DNA from: Eledone cirrhosa | Lineage: Eukaryota | Direction of reading: 5' to 3' | Length of the DNA stretch: 64,000 nucleotides | NCBI GenBank assembly: GCA_964016885.1 | Contig: OZ024743.1 | Span: forward strand, 139,438,001 to 139,502,000 | Shown here: positions 63,001 to 64,000 of the stretch, in pieces | How positions within the stretch are numbered: the stretch's first letter is position 1 | Layout: each line of letters opens with the position of its first letter | Notes under the pieces: generated by a model | The model's database searches: none | Told to the model about the DNA's origin: nothing | The model's input: the letters and a program-made list of their open reading frames with translations, nothing else | Translations under genes and position numbers: made by a program

Positions 63001-64000
63001 CTTGGTGCTTGGTGTTTGGTGCTTGGTGCTTGGTGTTTGTACTTGGTGCTTGGTGCTTGGTTCTTGGTGTTTGGTGCTTGGTGCTTGGTGCTTGGTGCTT
63101 GGTGTTTGGTGCTTGGTGTTTGGTGCTTGGTGTTTGGTGCTTGGTGCCTGGTGCTTGGTGCTTGGTGCTTGGTGTTTGGTGCTTGGTGTTTGCTGCTTGG
63201 TATTAGGTGTTTGGTGCTTGGTGCTTGGTGTTTGGTGTTTGGTGCTTGGTGTTTGGTGCTTGGTGTTTGGTGTTTGGTGCTTGGTGTTTGGTGCTTGGTA
63301 CTTGGTGCTTGGTGCTTGGTGTTAGGTGTTTGGTGCTTGGTGCTTGGTGTTTGGTTTTTGGTGCTTGGTGCTTGGTGTTTGGTGTTTGGTGCTTGCTGCT
63401 GGCTGCTTGGTGTTTGGTGCTTGGTGATTGGTGCTTGGTGTTTGGTGCTTGGTGTTTGGTGTTTGGTACTAGGTGCTTGGTGCTTGGTGTTTGGTGCTTG
63501 GTGCTTGGTGTTTGGTGCTTGGTGCTGGGTTCTGGGTGGTTGGTGTTTGGTGCTTGGTGTTTGGTGCTGGGTGCTTGGTGTTTGGTGCTTGGTGCTTGGT
63601 CTTTGGTGTTTGGTGTTTGGTGTTTGGGGCTTGGTGCTTGGTGCTTGGTGTTTGGTGCTTGGTGCTTGGTGTTTGGTGCTTGGTGCTTAGTGTTTGGTGC
63701 TAGGTGCTTGGGGTTTGGTGTTTGGTGCTTGGTGCTTGGTGTTTGGTGCTTGGTGCTTGGTGTTTGGTGTTTGGTGCTTGGTGCTTGGTGTTTGGTGTTT
63801 CCTGTTTGCTGTTTGGTGTTTGGTGTTTGGTGTTTGCTGTTTGGTGTCTGCTTTTTGCTGTTTGGTGTTTGCTGTATGTTATTTGCTGTTTGGTGTTTGG
63901 TGTTTGGTGTTTGGTGCTTGGTGCTTGGTGTTTGGTGCTTGGTGCTTGGTGTTTGGTGCCTGGTACTTGGGGCTTGGTGTTTGGTGTTTGGTGCTTGGTG
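60040..64000 (+). repeat. Near-identical copy of about 50045-54000 (offset 9996 bp), running off the window end
   Basis: About 25 ORF pairs differ by exactly 9996 (50079/60075, 50331/60327, 52477/62473, 53477/63473, etc.). Confidence 0.92.

Larger units (their letters stand above)
1..64000 (+). repeat. Heptamer satellite array (TTGGTGY)n, about 9,100 monomers, single orientation, open at both window edges
   Basis: Every line parses as TTGGTGC/TTGGTGT with scattered single-base variants (TTGCTGT, TTGGTAC, TTGGTTC, TAGGTGT, TTGGTGA, TGGGTGC etc.). No non-repeat segment is seen. Confidence 0.99.

Noticed and set aside
200-63330. Scattered TTAGG as canonical arthropod telomere repeats
   Set aside because: They are always isolated and arise from a single T>A variant monomer (TAGGTGT). 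They are never tandem.
1-64000. CRISPR array, with recurrent landmark motifs as repeats and intervening DNA as spacers
   Set aside because: The intervening DNA is the same heptamer rather than unique spacers, the spacing is irregular, and there is no leader or cas gene.
1-64000. Transposon, LTR, inverted repeat, terminator, tRNA or rRNA
   Set aside because: There is no unique sequence and no reverse-orientation RCACCAA tract on the + strand. The near absence of A and scarcity of C preclude stable canonical hairpins.
1-64000. Purely synthetic sequence or basecaller low-complexity artefact
   Set aside because: Rare variants are shared hierarchically between distant blocks in a descent-like pattern that random error would not produce. 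Individual near-identical copies could still be misassembled.

Overview
The whole 64 kb window is one uninterrupted, single-orientation tandem array (satellite DNA) of a 7-bp monomer, consensus TTGGTGY (TTGGTGC and TTGGTGT interspersed; reverse complement RCACCAA), about 9,100 monomers by length/7. I see no unique sequence, genes, RNA genes, transposons, CRISPR arrays or inversions. Every ORF in the track is a translation artefact of a stop-free heptamer. The information lies in the variant monomers, which reveal a nested duplication history: short in-register duplications (70-210 bp), kb-scale tandem copies (about 0.76, 0.8, 1.6, 1.75, 2.1, 3.5-3.85 and 3.7 kb) and long-range sister blocks (about 9.7, 10 and 19-21 kb apart). 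Two landmarks recur: a 6-bp deletion monomer TTGTAC and TTGCTGT-rich islands. Variant lineages change across a divergent zone at about 20.5-21.5 kb. I cannot identify the organism and found no evidence of a novel protein-coding system. Duplication offsets come from matching ORF-track coordinates and hand-checked landmarks; block boundaries and counts are approximate.
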